A DNA stretch of 63,703 bases, filler included, from Basidiobolus meristosporus CBS 931.73 (Eukaryota; Fungi; Basidiobolomycota): the NCBI GenBank assembly GCA_002104905.1. It is 3 parts of 3 records of this genome, joined end to end, with 100 filler letters (N's around TTAATTAATTAA, not from the genome) between each part and the next. Parts side by side here need not be neighbours in the genome. Positions count along the whole stretch, not along the records: positions 1 to 23,328 come from MCFE01000967.1; 2 more parts are not named here. One strand, written 5' to 3'. The notes below the pieces were generated by a model. That model was not told the DNA's origin and searched no databases. It saw only the letters and a list, made by a program, of their open reading frames with translations. A program made the translations under genes and the position numbers. This document shows positions 1 through 12,163 of the stretch, piece after piece (positions within the stretch are counted from its first letter, which is position 1; each line of letters begins with the position of its first letter).

Positions 1-240
1 AGGTTGACATTGAACATCATTTGACATGGAATGTTATATAGAATAATATAGCTGCCTTAGTTCACTCACCTACAGATAGAATAATTGCAGTCATAGTCAC
101 CAAGTCATTAACCAGAGACAAATGTGAGTATCATTGATCACAATTAGTACTACTTAATAAGCCTCAACAGTGGAGTGGAAGTGTTGTAGGTTGTGTAATT
201 TCACCAAAGTGTAGACCTAACCTAGACACTTAGATGAGGG
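1..240 (+). mobile_element. Ty1/Copia remnant: RNase H C-terminus, polypurine tract and start of 3' LTR (TGTTG at 182)
   Basis: Manual translation from base 3 gives VDIEHHL...SPTDRIIAVIVTKSLTRDK, matching the Copia RNase H end (HIDIxHH...PT...AD..TK.L). It is followed by purine-rich GAGTGGAAG and TGTTG. The right boundary is uncertain. Confidence 0.7.
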
Positions 241-597
241 CTTACAGATCTTAGAGTATTCTTGCTAAGTTCCATGTTAAGATTTACTTTGAATATTATC
301 ACCAAATCATCAGGTTTGCAGGGCATGAAATTTCTCAGAGTTGATAAAATAGCCATCCACTTTGCATACCTGTTCTTGGATTCATCCTAGATCACCCTAA
401 TTCCAGTGAATGGTGCCCAATAGTGCTATAGTTTGCCTGAGAGGTATGGCTAACCCATATGTGTAAGGAACAGCACACCTACAGCTGGCTACTGACCTCA
501 AAATATGGCTCTACATGTGTTTGTGCAAAGTAGTCACTTTGCCATATGGAAGGTGAGTTTTGTGTCTTCTTCAAGTTTGTCCTCCGTGTTAATATGC

Positions 598-659
598 TTA
601 GAGAATCTAATACCCTAACTGATTTTCCCTGACCAAAACATAACTAATTGCAGTTATGG
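598..659. repeat. Fragment of an LTR related to Gypsy family B; it is the insertion site of Gypsy A copy 1
   Basis: agaatctaataccctaactgattttccctgaccaaaacataactaat matches the reverse complement of ~44625-44680 in LTR B. The match stops at the TGTTACA end of LTR A. Confidence 0.7.
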
Positions 660-1025
660 TGTTACAAGTCTTAATATAAGAGTTGTAGAGGAATAGGGAG
701 TTTAGCTAGTATTGTATTCACTATAACTTGAACTGATCTGTATTGAGTTTCCAGCAGCTCCTTATATACGTTTTGCCATATCAATTATTGACTAATTGTA
801 TTTCCTATTGTAGGTTGTGGCTAATGACTCAATTGATTGCATCATCACCCAATAAGATCCTGCGTAACATATCTATTCCTGTGTGATAAGGATCTGCTTA
901 TTCATATGTTGACTACTGCTACTGATTTGATAGAAAGCACTGGTGTACTGAAAGGCTAAACATATAACTATTTGACTTGACCAAGAACTGATCTAACTTA
1001 AACATTCAAGCAGTAGATCATAACA
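660..1025 (-). repeat. 3' LTR of Gypsy A copy 1 (366 bp, TG...CA)
   Basis: TGTTACA...CATAACA ends; homologous to 52430-52797. Confidence 0.88.
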
Positions 1026-1042
1026 TGATCCCTTACTAAAGT

Positions 1043-3540
1043 TGAGAGGGTTCTCCTGAATCTCTTTTCTTGTGATTACAATATCTTGATGGTTCAGTAT
1101 TGCTGGCAAGTCTTGCAAGCTTGAGTCTGTCTCTATGAACTAAATCTTCCTGGATATTTCCTTGTTTGTCCACTGGTTGGTAAGTAGCAAATAGACATTT
1201 TCTGATGATCTGAAAAGGTCCTGTTCATTGTGGCTCAAACTTCTTTCAAGTATTGTTTCTCAGCAGTACAAAGATCCCAACTGTCAATGCTTCTGGTGAT
1301 GTAGTCTTATCAAATCTCTGCTTCATCTTTTCTGCGCTTTGAGATACTTTGGCCTGTGCCTCTAGATGTCTTTGTTCCAGTTGCTGGTGTCTTCTAGGCT
1401 GACTTAGTTCATCTTCTAAGGCATCTGTGAGCTTTGGTTGTGTGAGATCTGCAATCCTTAGTTCACATCCATACACTAAGTAAAATGGCAATTATTTGGT
1501 GGTGTTGTGTACTCTAACTCTGCATGCAAAGAGTGCTTAGTCTATATACTCATCCCATCTATTGACAGCTCTGTTTGCATACTTGGTCAGCATTTTTCCA
1601 AATAACCCATTAAGTTGCTCAGTGACTCCATTGATTCTAGGGTGATATGCCAAGGTTTTCAAGTGTCTGATGTGTTATATTTCCAGGTAAGCTTCCACTG
1701 TCTTTGCAATAAAGTTTGCTCTTCTATTGGACAGAATCTCTGCAGGGCATCCAAACTTCATAAGGATCTCATGGTAGATGAAACTTGCAACTTCTTGTTC
1801 CCAGGCTACAGGTACTGCTTCAGCCACTGGCCATCTAGTGGCATGGTCAATTGCTACTAGGATCTAATGGTTGCATTTCCTGGTAGTTGGCAGTCATCCA
1901 ATAAAGTCAATTTCCCGTCTTTCAGATGGTCTTACAGGCTCCAAGAGAAAGAGTTTGGCAATTCTCAGTGGTTGGCCTTGGTTGATTTGGCAACTTGGAC
2001 ATGTTTTCACTAGCTTCTCAATGTCTTGTTTCATTCTGGGCCACCATTCTCTGGCTTTCACAAGGCTATAGGTTCCTTCAATTCCAAGATATCCATATCC
2101 ATTATATAGCTTATATATTAAATCCAGGCAAGCAACATAAGAGCAATTGGCAATAGGGCTTCCATCAACAATTTGGTAGAGTGTTTCATCCTGTACCACA
2201 AACTTGCTGGCTTCATCCCAGATAATCTTCTTGATTACTTCATCCACCTCATTAGGAATGGGTCATAAGCAATGACTTGGTCCAAATACTTTGGTAATAG
2301 GCTAGGCCAATCTGATTTATGCACCAATCTGAGTTGTGCAACTTGTTCTAATCTTTATAAGGCATCAGCAACCATGTTGTTTTTCCCAGGACAGTAGGCA
2401 ATCTGCAAACCAAATTGCTGAATGTATTCATTCCATCTTGTCATTCTTCTAGAGATTACCTTCTGAATAAATATATACTTGAGGGAGGCATGATCAGTTT
2501 TCACGGTGCATCTGACTCCTTCAATAAAGCATCTCCATGTCTTCAAGCAGTGTATTATAGCAAGCCTCTCCTTCTCATGCACTGAATAGTTCTGTTCTGC
2601 TGAGTTCAGTTTCTTGGATTCAAAGGCAACTGGGTAGTCCTTTCCCTTATGTTCTTGGCCCAACACTCCACCTATTGCACAATCTGAAGCATCTGTGCAC
2701 AGAGTAAACTCTTTTTTGATGTCAAGTTTTCTTAAGCTCGGCAGCTTAGCAAACTCATACTTGAGCGTCCAAAAGACAGTCCCACAAGCTATGTCCCACT
2801 TGTAGGTATTTTCTGTCTTGAGGATATCAGTTAAAGGGGCTGCAATACTTGCAAAGGACTTGACAAATCTCCAATAATAGGAAACCATTCCAAGGAATGA
2901 TCTGAGTTCTGATATGCTATGGGGCTGCTTCAGATTCTTGATAACTTCAACCTTCTTAGGGTTCAAGGTCACTCCTGTGCAAGTCACTATGTGTCCCAGA
3001 TATTCAATGTGTTCCTTGAAGAATTTACACTTGGCTGGCTTGCCATATAGTTTGTTCTCTCTTAGCTTCTTCAGGACCTTTTCAATGTGACCACATGATC
3101 CTCTTCTGTCTTGCTGTATATCAATATGTCATCTAGGTATTCTATCACAAACTTGTCTAAGTACTCCTGGAAGCAATTTGTATCAGGGTCATGAATGTTG
3201 CAGGGGCATTGCTGAGGCCAAAACTCATGACTAAGTACTTGTAATGTCCATATCTGGTCCTGAATGTTGTCTTAGGGATGTCTTCTTGCTTCACCCTAAT
3301 CTGGTTGTATCCTGACATGAGGTCAATCTTGCTGAATATAGTGGCTCCATTGAGCTGGTCCAAAAGCTCATCAATGCAAGGTATGGGGTACTTATTCTTC
3401 ACAGTAACTGAGTTGAGGGCTCTGTACTAAATGCACATCCTGAGTGTTCCATCCTTCTTCTTCATAAAAGGTACTGGTCCTACCCAAGGTGACTTGCTGG
3501 GAGCAATACATCCTTGCTCCAACAACTGCTCTATTTGTCA
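1043..3540 (-). pseudogene. Gypsy pol pseudogene (RT, RNase H, integrase) with stops and frameshifts
   Basis: ORF fragments 3392-3592, 3157-3402, 2355-2987, 1894-2247 and 1246-1491 carry Gypsy pol motifs in RT-RH-IN order. Confidence 0.92.
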
Positions 3541-4040
3541 CCCTATGAAAAACAATTTGGTCCCGCAAGTGGATCCAATCTGGATTAGCCATCAGGATCC
3601 CATCTAGAGGCTGCCATAATACCAGCAGCTTGGAATCAGTGACCTTCCTAACAATCTTATGATGAGATCATGATGGTGTTTTGCTAATTTTACAATCAAA
3701 TAAAGGGATAAAGCTTGATGATTTTCTTTCAGTGTTGTGGCAATATTTGCATGGTATTGTTGCAGTCTTTTAGCGCTCTATAGCTATAACAAGAAACTTG
3801 ATGGTATTTTCATGGCCTCACAGCAAGACTCTGATGGCATTGTATTGGCAGTATGACAGCCTACTGCTAGTTCTGTATAATGCTACTGTACCAATTTACC
3901 AAATGGTATTTCCTTTTTCTGCCTCCCCTTGTACAACTCATATATTTCACTGTAGAATCACCCGCTTTATTTGCTAACACACTACTACCTTGGGTCTTCC
4001 ACATATAGTCTGAATCAAAAAAACTATGGCCTCCTGCTTA

Positions 4041-5525
4041 CTAACCTCTGCAAACACACACCTGCCACAACTGACGTACTTCTATCACCTCAACTTTATG
4101 GCCTTTGAGTGTGATACTTGCAAAGTTACCATATACCTTGTGCTGCTGGTAACATATACATCTTGCAAACATATGCTTGGTTGTTGCCACTTCTGCCGTG
4201 AATACCTCCTGAGTATCTGCAAAGGACTTCTTGGTATTTAGCCAGTATATTCCTTCTCCCTGCTGGATTCTAGTCCCCCTTATAGGTGTGCACTGGCTTT
4301 TGTTTGTGTTAATTCCATATTGAATGGTGTAGAAGTTGGCTTGTGACCATAGGAAATCCTGCATATACATGGCAGAGTTTTCCTGATAAAAATTAGTTGC
4401 TTGTTGCACTCAACCCAATTTTGCATTACTTAAATGATTACCCACACATTGGGGCTGCTTAGCTTCTTAATGCTATGGGCATAGGTGTCTCCATGTGCAC
4501 ATTTGTCCTCAGTATTTTCCAACTCTTTCTGACTGTCCTCCATGTGCCAACTCATCACATCCATGACAGACTTGAAGGTAATATACTTGATGAGATTGCA
4601 ATATGGTAGTACCTGCAACTTGACTTGTCTTCCTATCTCCCCACACATCAGCTCCATAGAAAACTCCCAGAAGGTGAAGCAAGGCCCAATATTCTCCACA
4701 CACTGTGCAAGATGGAGTAGAGAATGGATACAGTAGCAGCAGAGATCTACATGTTCAGCTTTATGTTTGTAGTATAGCCACTCAAATCTCATCACAAACT
4801 CCTTACATAACAGCTGTAGATGCGTCAAGTTGGCATTGGTGATCTGCTTTTGGATAAATATTTCTACAATGTCCACATATGACTCCCAATGCTTGCCAGC
4901 CACATGACGGTTGTCCTCTTGTACCAAGTACATGGTAAGTTGCATCCTGGTATCATTTTGGCAAGTAGTACTAATAAATCCTCAAAGTCCCTATTAGTGA
5001 TATTAGTGGAATTGCACCGCTTCTCTAGCCACAAAATTACATCAATTACCAGTAGATGGATTACTGGGCTCACTTGGCTCCATAAAGAATCCTTGGCATT
5101 TGTTTCAATGGGTGTTGTCTCATTGCCTATAGAAGTTTGACCAGGCTCATACATGATGCTGTTGTTAGGGGAAATAGGCACAAAATCCATCAGTGAACCT
5201 TCTTTGCCATAGCTGTCACTCTGCATGCCATATTCAGAAGGTCTGAGGTGAGCCTAAAGGTGTCACAAATCACCTGACTCAGTTTGTGCAAGGTGACAAA
5301 GTCAGCCAGGTGTCAATATAGAAGTATCAACTGGCTGGCAAAATAATGTTGGTACAGTAGTGACCAATAGATGGCCAAATATTACTTGAGTGGCAAAACA
5401 CTGCCATGATCCTTATGATACTTCCTATGCTTTGTGCATGCTTTGTGGCTGAGAGGCTTGCCACAATAGCCACATGGTCTTTTTTCTCTTCTCTTACAGT
5501 GTTGAGTCAAAGTAGTCTTGTCCAT
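4041..5525 (-). pseudogene. CACTA/EnSpm-type transposase remnant; catalytic core deleted relative to copy 2
   Basis: N-terminus MDKTTLTQHCKRREKRPCGYCG. C-terminal HSLLHLAQCVENIGPCFTFWEFSMELMCG resembles the conserved H.L.H......GP....W.F..ER motif of Tnp2-type transposases. Near 4885 the sequence jumps from the equivalent of ~36670 to ~35520. Confidence 0.85.
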
Positions 5526-5747
5526 GGGGCAAACAGTTTGACATTCAACAATGTAATGCTATTGCATCCCTTGTTGGTCAATACTCACATGAACTTAAGA
5601 CAGTCTTGTGTTTGAGATATTGCACCTACATGAATGTAAGATTCAACAATGGCCCACCATAGTAAGCATTATGAATACAGTTATGGCACCACATACACAT
5701 GTATATGCAACACTATTTTCCCTGTGGTATGACTCACTTCCATATAT

Positions 5748-6905
5748 ATGCCGCCAAAGAATAAAGCAAAGTCATCTGGTTCTCAACCAAACCCCACTGC
5801 TGACAGCAACAGAAGAACAGTTGGACAACAGCTTGCTTTGGCATTCAGTGTAACAAGCAGGGCTACATCCCAAAAAGGCCCTGTGGACAGTGTGCCCATT
5901 GAAGGTAATAATGCAGACTCCTCAGGCTCTGAGTCATGTAGGCAATTGAGAACCTCTGTGGAGCCACAAGCTGACCATTATGCTCAGGAGGATGAGAATG
6001 TAGCAAACACAGTACCATTAGTTGAAGATCAGCAAGTGGCCATGATAACATCACCACCACCCATATTAGCAAGTATGTTGTCAGCTCATATGGAAGCATT
6101 AATGAAGCAATTAGGTGCAGTGGCTGATAGGATAGATGTAATGGCCCAGAGAAATCAGGAAATAGCTCAGAAACAGGATGAGCGGATAATATGTGTAGAG
6201 CAATCAATATCTCAGGTAGGGAAAGCAGTATCCTTGCTGTAAAGAAGGAACTCAGGTAGCTCAATGTCACAGCCAAGAATTCAGCCATTTCCTGATATAA
6301 CAGCAGAGGAACACCGTACAGTCTTTTAAGCACAACAATAGTGCCCAAAGATAAAGCCCACAGAAAAACCTATCACAGTGTGGGAGTGAGACAGTGTGGT
6401 GTTTATATCAAAGCCTAAAAATCAAAGGACATTGAAGATCCATGAAGCTGTTGAGTGCAATAATGAAGAGTGGGCTATGTGCAAGAGGCCATCAGAAGTC
6501 TAGCATGCCATCACCTTAAGGCTGGCATATCATGGGACCATCAGGAACTCAATGCCAAGCAGAACGCACTTGACTTGTTCCATGGGCATTATCCTGGATT
6601 TAAACAGGCAAACAGATTTTGGGCTAGCATTGGTATGCTCAGAGAGTATTTTAAGAATAGCAGAAACTATCAAAGGCAGAAGAACAAGGGTGCCATGGCT
6701 AAAAACCAGTGGCTTCCTCAAGAGCCTGTTACAATCAGGGCCAAAAGCTCCAGACAAGCATCAAAGAGATGTCAGTTAGCTGGAAGAGTGCCAATTAGGG
6801 ACAAGCAGGCAGACACAGATGCACCAGCACAACACTTACCAAGGAAAAAGTGTAGTATTACTCAAGAAGCACTCAGTAAAAGTAGTATGTATTTCAATAC
6901 AAGAA
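5748..6905 (+). pseudogene. Second ORF (ORF2) of the CMC element, divergent from the transposase; broken by stops and a frameshift
   Basis: ORFs 5748-6242 and 6470-6913; homologous to 42206-44024 and 23765-23985. Confidence 0.75.
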
Positions 6906-7384
6906 GAACTTAGTCAGGGTAGCAGTGAGGTTTTGGTGGTGGCAAAGGCCTATGGAGAGGAAAGAAAGTGTACCCTTGCAAGAAACAGAAAAGTGTCAGA
7001 CAAAAGCTGCAGCTTTCACTAATTAACACTTTCAAGACTTGATAGTTACATGAATTCAACTTCTGAGCTGAGGGGGATATTCTGATAACAGCAGTGGTAG
7101 ATATTCCAGACAGTGGCAGCTTGGAGATCATAACCTGTTGTAAGAGTTTAGAAATATGGAATGTGATTTAGCATATAGGTAGATAATATAATTCTTGCTT
7201 ACTGACTAATCAAATGTAAGTATGATATTTTATTACTCCATGGTCTTGGCAAAACCCCCCCCCAATCTGCTTAGAATGTTTCCAAGAGTATGTGAGCAAA
7301 ATTTGGGTACTTTGGACCACTCTGGGATATCTCATGTCATGGGTACCCACTATTTTGGTGAGGTTTTTCAAGTAAATTCCAACA
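6906..7384 (-). mobile_element. Ty1/Copia remnant: 5' LTR (~7136-7384), PBS and start of gag
   Basis: The minus strand reads TGTTGGAAT...CAACA, then GGTTATGATCTCC (Copia-type PBS), then KLNSCNYQVLKVLI (like the KL.g.NY..W gag N-terminus). The outer LTR end could alternatively be 7477. Confidence 0.6.
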
Positions 7385-8722
7385 AGAAATTTGGGTAGAA
7401 TTTTTCAAGATTTATTGACTATCATCCAAATGACCAAGTCAAGTGAATAATTAGGTGTAATTACCAAACTTTCAACAGAATACCTATGGTAATATGGGGT
7501 AAAGCAATATAGGGGAATGGTTTTACAGCACAATATTTGAGCAGTACAAGGAGAGGTAAAGAGGCGCAATGCCAATTAAAAATTTGGCATCAGGAATCAT
7601 AAATAAACAGTAGTTGGTTGCCATAAAACCGTTACAGAGGCACTAAGCCCAGCAAAAGGCCATCAAAATACAAACAAGTTTTTTACCATAATAGGTGATC
7701 CAGATGTATTTGCCAGTCAAATGCCAGGAAAACACAGTCAGGATCCACCCGCAAGACCATATTAATTCTCATAGGGGGCAGTGGGAACCAGGAAGCGATC
7801 TGGAGTAGTTGGACCAAAGTGTGATTGCTCGCTGACGGAATCATCAAGTCGAGACAAAGCACTTGGGCTTTTGAGTGAGCTTTGTAAAAGTAATGCAAAG
7901 AGCGTTTTAAGGGGGATCCTAGTAAGCTATGTGGGAAGTTTGGGGCTTTTTGACAGTGGCCCAGTTGATTTCGTACGATCTTCACCAAGTTTGAAATTGG
8001 GGAAATACCGGACGTGACCAAAAAAGGCGAAATTAATAAACCTCGATTTCACATTGAAGGAGCATATCTAAACATGAAAAATCAGGTGCAAAACTAATTG
8101 TTTGCAACGACAGTTACCCTCGGATCGTTGCAATCCTTCCCATATGACGAGAAATCGTGGAATCAGACGATTCCCGAGTCATCAATGCACATGCCAAAGT
8201 TTCCACATTCCCGATTTTGATGGCTGTCCCAAATGGGGACCACTTTGTCCTATTACCAACCGACGCGCAGGTAGATGCAAACTTCCGACAGCCCAAAATA
8301 GGAAATAAGCAATAACTGTTTAGCCTGGCCAATGACCACCGGGTCGTGGGTTCGCTTTGCAGTGTGGGGTTATGTATGGCAATCCAATCGAGCAAGCTCT
8401 GCCTGGTTCAGCCCTACGGCTTCTTGTGTTTAGAGGTTGGCAGGGTGCGATCTCAGATTTTGAGGAGTCACCGGGAAGAAGTATAACCTGTAGATACTAA
8501 TCCCATCTTCCAAATCGGTTGTTCCAAATCCTGGTAGTCATCACTAAAAATAGTGAGTATCGCACCAAAAGTGTACCTTTGCTCTCAGCTATCAACGAAC
8601 CCGGTGTTGAACCTATGCTGGCACGTAGTCGACTCAAAAAGCTCGACATCCTATAAAAGGTGCTTCAGTCCCAGAAACTATCCGTACTTGTCCACATCTC
8701 CCTAGCCTAACTGATTACGGAT

Positions 8723-9943
8723 ATGACGCCTGACTCAGCTCTGCAGCACTCCAGCAAGGAAGCACGTAACCTATTTCAGCGTTACGAGGCATCCAGCCTG
8801 TTTGCGTTTGGTGGAATCGCTTGCATGGCGGCGTCCTTAGTGACCAATCCAATTGATGTGATGAAAGTACGTCTGCAACTAGTAGGAGAGCGGATCCACC
8901 ACCCAATTGCCCCACCAATGATTAACCACTCGTCGTCGCACCCTCACGCTCCACCGCTCACGCGCTCGAACGCTGGCACAATTAATCTCACCAACGCCAA
9001 GGCACCCAGGACTGGTGTTGTTGAGTATTTGAACCGGGCTCGCCTGTTGATGGTTCAGGAGGCAGGGAGCGGCTATGGATTCTTGTATCAAGGGGTGGTT
9101 CCCTCGCTGCTACGTGAAGGAAGCTATTCCACAATCAGGTAAGCGACGGAGTGGTTGCCTTTGCTTCACATTTGATTGACGAGTATTCTGCTCAGAATGG
9201 GATTATACGAACCATTTAAGAATTTGTTGAGTGATTCGGAATCCAAGAACAAACCCCTTCCTTTGTGGAAAAAGATCATTGCTGGTGGTGCAGCCGGCGC
9301 TGTTGGTGCAGCCATTGCTAACCCCACCGACTTGGTGAAAGGTAGGGTGACTTGATGAGACCCTTGTTACAGAGCCAGACTAACCACCTATTAGTCCGGA
9401 TGCAAGTGAAATCCAACGAGGTCAAATACAGGTCCACATGGGACGCATTCGTTCGCATTTATCGCGAGGGAGGCATCCGGGCGCTATACTGTGGGGTCGG
9501 GCCAACCACCCAGCGCGCAGTTCTTTTGACGGCCTCCCAACTTGCCAGCTATGATCAGTCCAAGCAGATCTTATTAAGCTTTGGCTACAGAGGGGACTCG
9601 GTCAATACCCATTTCTTATCTTCTATCATGGCGGGTAAGTAACGAACATGAGTACAATGTACCTTGGCCGCCGTGTAACAATTGCGCGATTTGTTGTATA
9701 GGCTTCATGTGTGCGGTGACCACATCCCCGATCGATCTGGTGAAGTCCAGGATCATGCTTCAAAACGACAAGAAAAAATACCGAGGCGTGATAGACTGCA
9801 TGCTCAAGACTGTCAAGTATGAAGGCTTCTTCGGCTTGTATCGGGGCTTTTTCTTGAACTGGCTTCGAATGGGCCCACACACCATCGTCACCTTCCTGGT
9901 CTTCGAAGAGCTGCGTAGCCTGGTTGGAATCAAGCCTTTGTAA
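8723..9943 (+). CDS. Mitochondrial carrier (SLC25), uncoupling-protein/dicarboxylate-carrier-like; exons ~8723-9138, 9196-9341, 9395-9634, 9702-9943
   Basis: Three PxD(V/L)xKxR signature repeats (PIDVMKVRLQ, PTDLVKVRMQ, PIDLVKSRIM), plus YSTIRMGLYEPFK and GVGPTTQRAVLLTASQLASYD. The GT-AG introns restore the frame. Confidence 0.93.
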
Positions 9944-10744
9944 ATGTCACTTTGGCAAGATGTTTGCCGGCTTTGCAGTGGCCAGCTGCCACACCCATTG
10001 TCAGAATCGATATTGGACCCTGATATTGATGATTTGATTAGCTCCCTTGATGGTGCCTTCATAAAACCACGAAGATCATCGGAAAATAAACGAAAACGGG
10101 GTGGCATATGTACATACCCAATTACCCCCAAAATTCACTGCTGTTTACCAAAACGCGTACCTAACCCTAATCCCAACATTACTTGCTCCAGTATATCTCC
10201 AGTCAACAATGAGTGTGGCAATATCAAATGCGTTCGTTTCGCAGGCTACGAGGCTTTTGGCTCAACGTCGATCCAACCGAAAGGGCAAATAGAAATCAAC
10301 GTGGCCCCCGAGCACACAACCACCAAGCGCACTCAGGATTACGTCAGAAAAGTTCCCGTAGACGCAGGTCCCCGATGAACCGAAATATCAAGGCTCACTT
10401 CTCTCTTGCGCTGCCAGATATTTGGTTTGGAATGTGCAGGTACGTTGGTTGATAGCTTCAGCGTAATTTTTGTGTATTTCGCTGTTATCTCCGAATGCAT
10501 GTTGAGGAACCTTGCGCACATTTAAAACTTATCTACCCCACCCATCTTCACAGCGAGCTTTTAAGCCACTGCTGAGCCCCGCAATATATCTTTGCTTGTC
10601 CAACTGTTAGCACTCATCCTCTCAACTTCTCGCCCTTGCTTAACACATTATCCGCGCCCTTTCTAGCAGCGCCATCGCTCAGATTGCTTCTCGATTTCAC
10701 TAGTACAGTGCCCACTCGTTTCAAGGAAAAAGACAGACACCAAC

Positions 10745-12163
10745 ATGACTGAGACCAAGCTCGCGCGTATGTCGTCCTTCGAGTTCTACGCCGTAAGCCA
10801 AGAGATAGACAAGCTCCAGAACGAAAACTTCAAAGTAATCTTTAGGACATCTTTGGTCAACTCTATCACTCGACACTAAACCATTCGACCCGATTTAGCT
10901 ACTTACCCAAATCCAGGAACTTTCCGAATCTAATCAACATCTCTTAGAGCAGAACGGTTACTTCAAGAAAAAATACGCCACCCTAACCCAGGAAGCGGAG
11001 ACGTCACAGAATATGTACTCAAGATTGGAGACCCAGCTATTTACGTACGACAGTCAACTAGAGGAGCTGCGTAAGGAGAACTCGATCTTGCTACGTCGTT
11101 TGAAGGAGATTGAGAAAGAATCGGAGATGGAGAAAACTGAACTGGAGCGGGAGCGACTCTCCGCGTCCGAAAAAATGGCCACACTTCAAACCCAGCTACG
11201 GAAACTGAAGATGCGCTCAGCCCCTCCACCCTCGAGAATTCCTCCCCCCGTGGATTTTCGCAGGGATGAGCTTTCTGTTGATGTGACTGAGGTGGCGAAG
11301 GAAAATACCCTGCTAACGAAGACGGTCAAAAATCAGGAAAGGCTGATTGCCGAGCTACGTGAAGAGATAGATAAGTCTCAGCAGGCTGTACAATCTTCCA
11401 CATCCCGCCTGCAGGAGTGTTCATTACAAATCGCCTCTTTGGAAAATGAAAAGCTGCAGATAAGGGGAGTCAACCAGACCCTTATGGAGGAAAACGAGTC
11501 CTACCAAGTGCTGCTACAAGAGAAGACTATGAGCGGCAAGTTCATGCTAAACCCAATCCTCCAGGTCCCTTGACAGCATACGATAATTGGTTTTAGTAGT
11601 GATTACTAACTAAATGTTTTATATTACATTAGAATCGGAATGCCTTGATAGAAGAAGATGAAGGACTGAGCTCGCTTGCTAGGGAGATCCTTTCCGTACC
11701 TACCTCACCTATCACGCCAGATTTCGACACCACATACACCATCGAGAGGTTGAAAGACGATGTGGGCACTTTTAGAGATGAGAATCGCGTGCTCAAGGAC
11801 GAAAACAAAGCCTTAACCCTATATATTAACAAGATTCTAATCAGAATACTGGAAAGTGGAGGAATGGAAAATGTTCTAAGCTCTGACTACACCACCCCTA
11901 CCCAACCAAAAGAAGATGAGTCCCTGCCAGTAGAGAAGCTTACTGTGCAAACCCGCGTCTCATTAGAAGAGGAGGAATCTTATGAGGGACAAGAGCAGTG
12001 TACCAGAACCAGACGGTCCAACTCGTTAAGTCAAAGCCTCTTGACTACTGGCAACGGAGTGGCAGGCGGTTTTCGCGCCGCTTGGAAACGGATGAGTGTT
12101 GGTACTTGGAAGTCAAGCCCGATAACTTCCCCGAACTGTGACAGCAGTAGCCCCGAAGAATAG
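10745..12163 (+). CDS. Long coiled-coil protein with C-terminal ENKALTLYINKILIRIL motif (Rab11-FIP3/4 RBD-like); exons ~10745-10834, 10899-11564, 11633-12163
   Basis: ORFs 11013-11573 and 11645-12163 are joined by canonical introns with CTAAC/CTAAA branch points; the sequence is heptad-rich. The family assignment is inference. Confidence 0.8.

Larger units (their letters stand above)
660..3540 (-). mobile_element. Ty3/Gypsy family A copy 1 (3' LTR plus degenerate RT-RNaseH-integrase); 5' part cut off by a CMC transposon insertion
   Basis: Minus-strand ORF fragments: RT ([30 protein letters not shown]), RNase H (LCTDASDCAIGGVL, TDHASL) and integrase. Colinear with copy 2 at 52430-54073. Confidence 0.93.
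3541..6905. mobile_element. CMC (CACTA/EnSpm-like) DNA transposon copy 1: left TIR present, internally deleted, right end lost
   Basis: Begins CCCTATGAAA at the exact point where the Gypsy A RT is interrupted. Colinear with copy 2 (26793 onward). Carries a minus-strand transposase remnant and a plus-strand second ORF. Confidence 0.85.

Noticed and set aside
3948-3963. CACTGTAGAATCACCC as a CACTA/CACTG terminus (also at 33842)
   Set aside because: Homology between copies continues ~400 bp further left to CCCTA, which has a matching inverted end and a TSD. This CACTG is internal.
9944-10378. 144-aa ORF directly after the carrier gene, and other short ORFs at 12113-13223 and 17271-19630
   Set aside because: No recognisable motifs, splice structure or compositional support; probably UTR or intergenic sequence.
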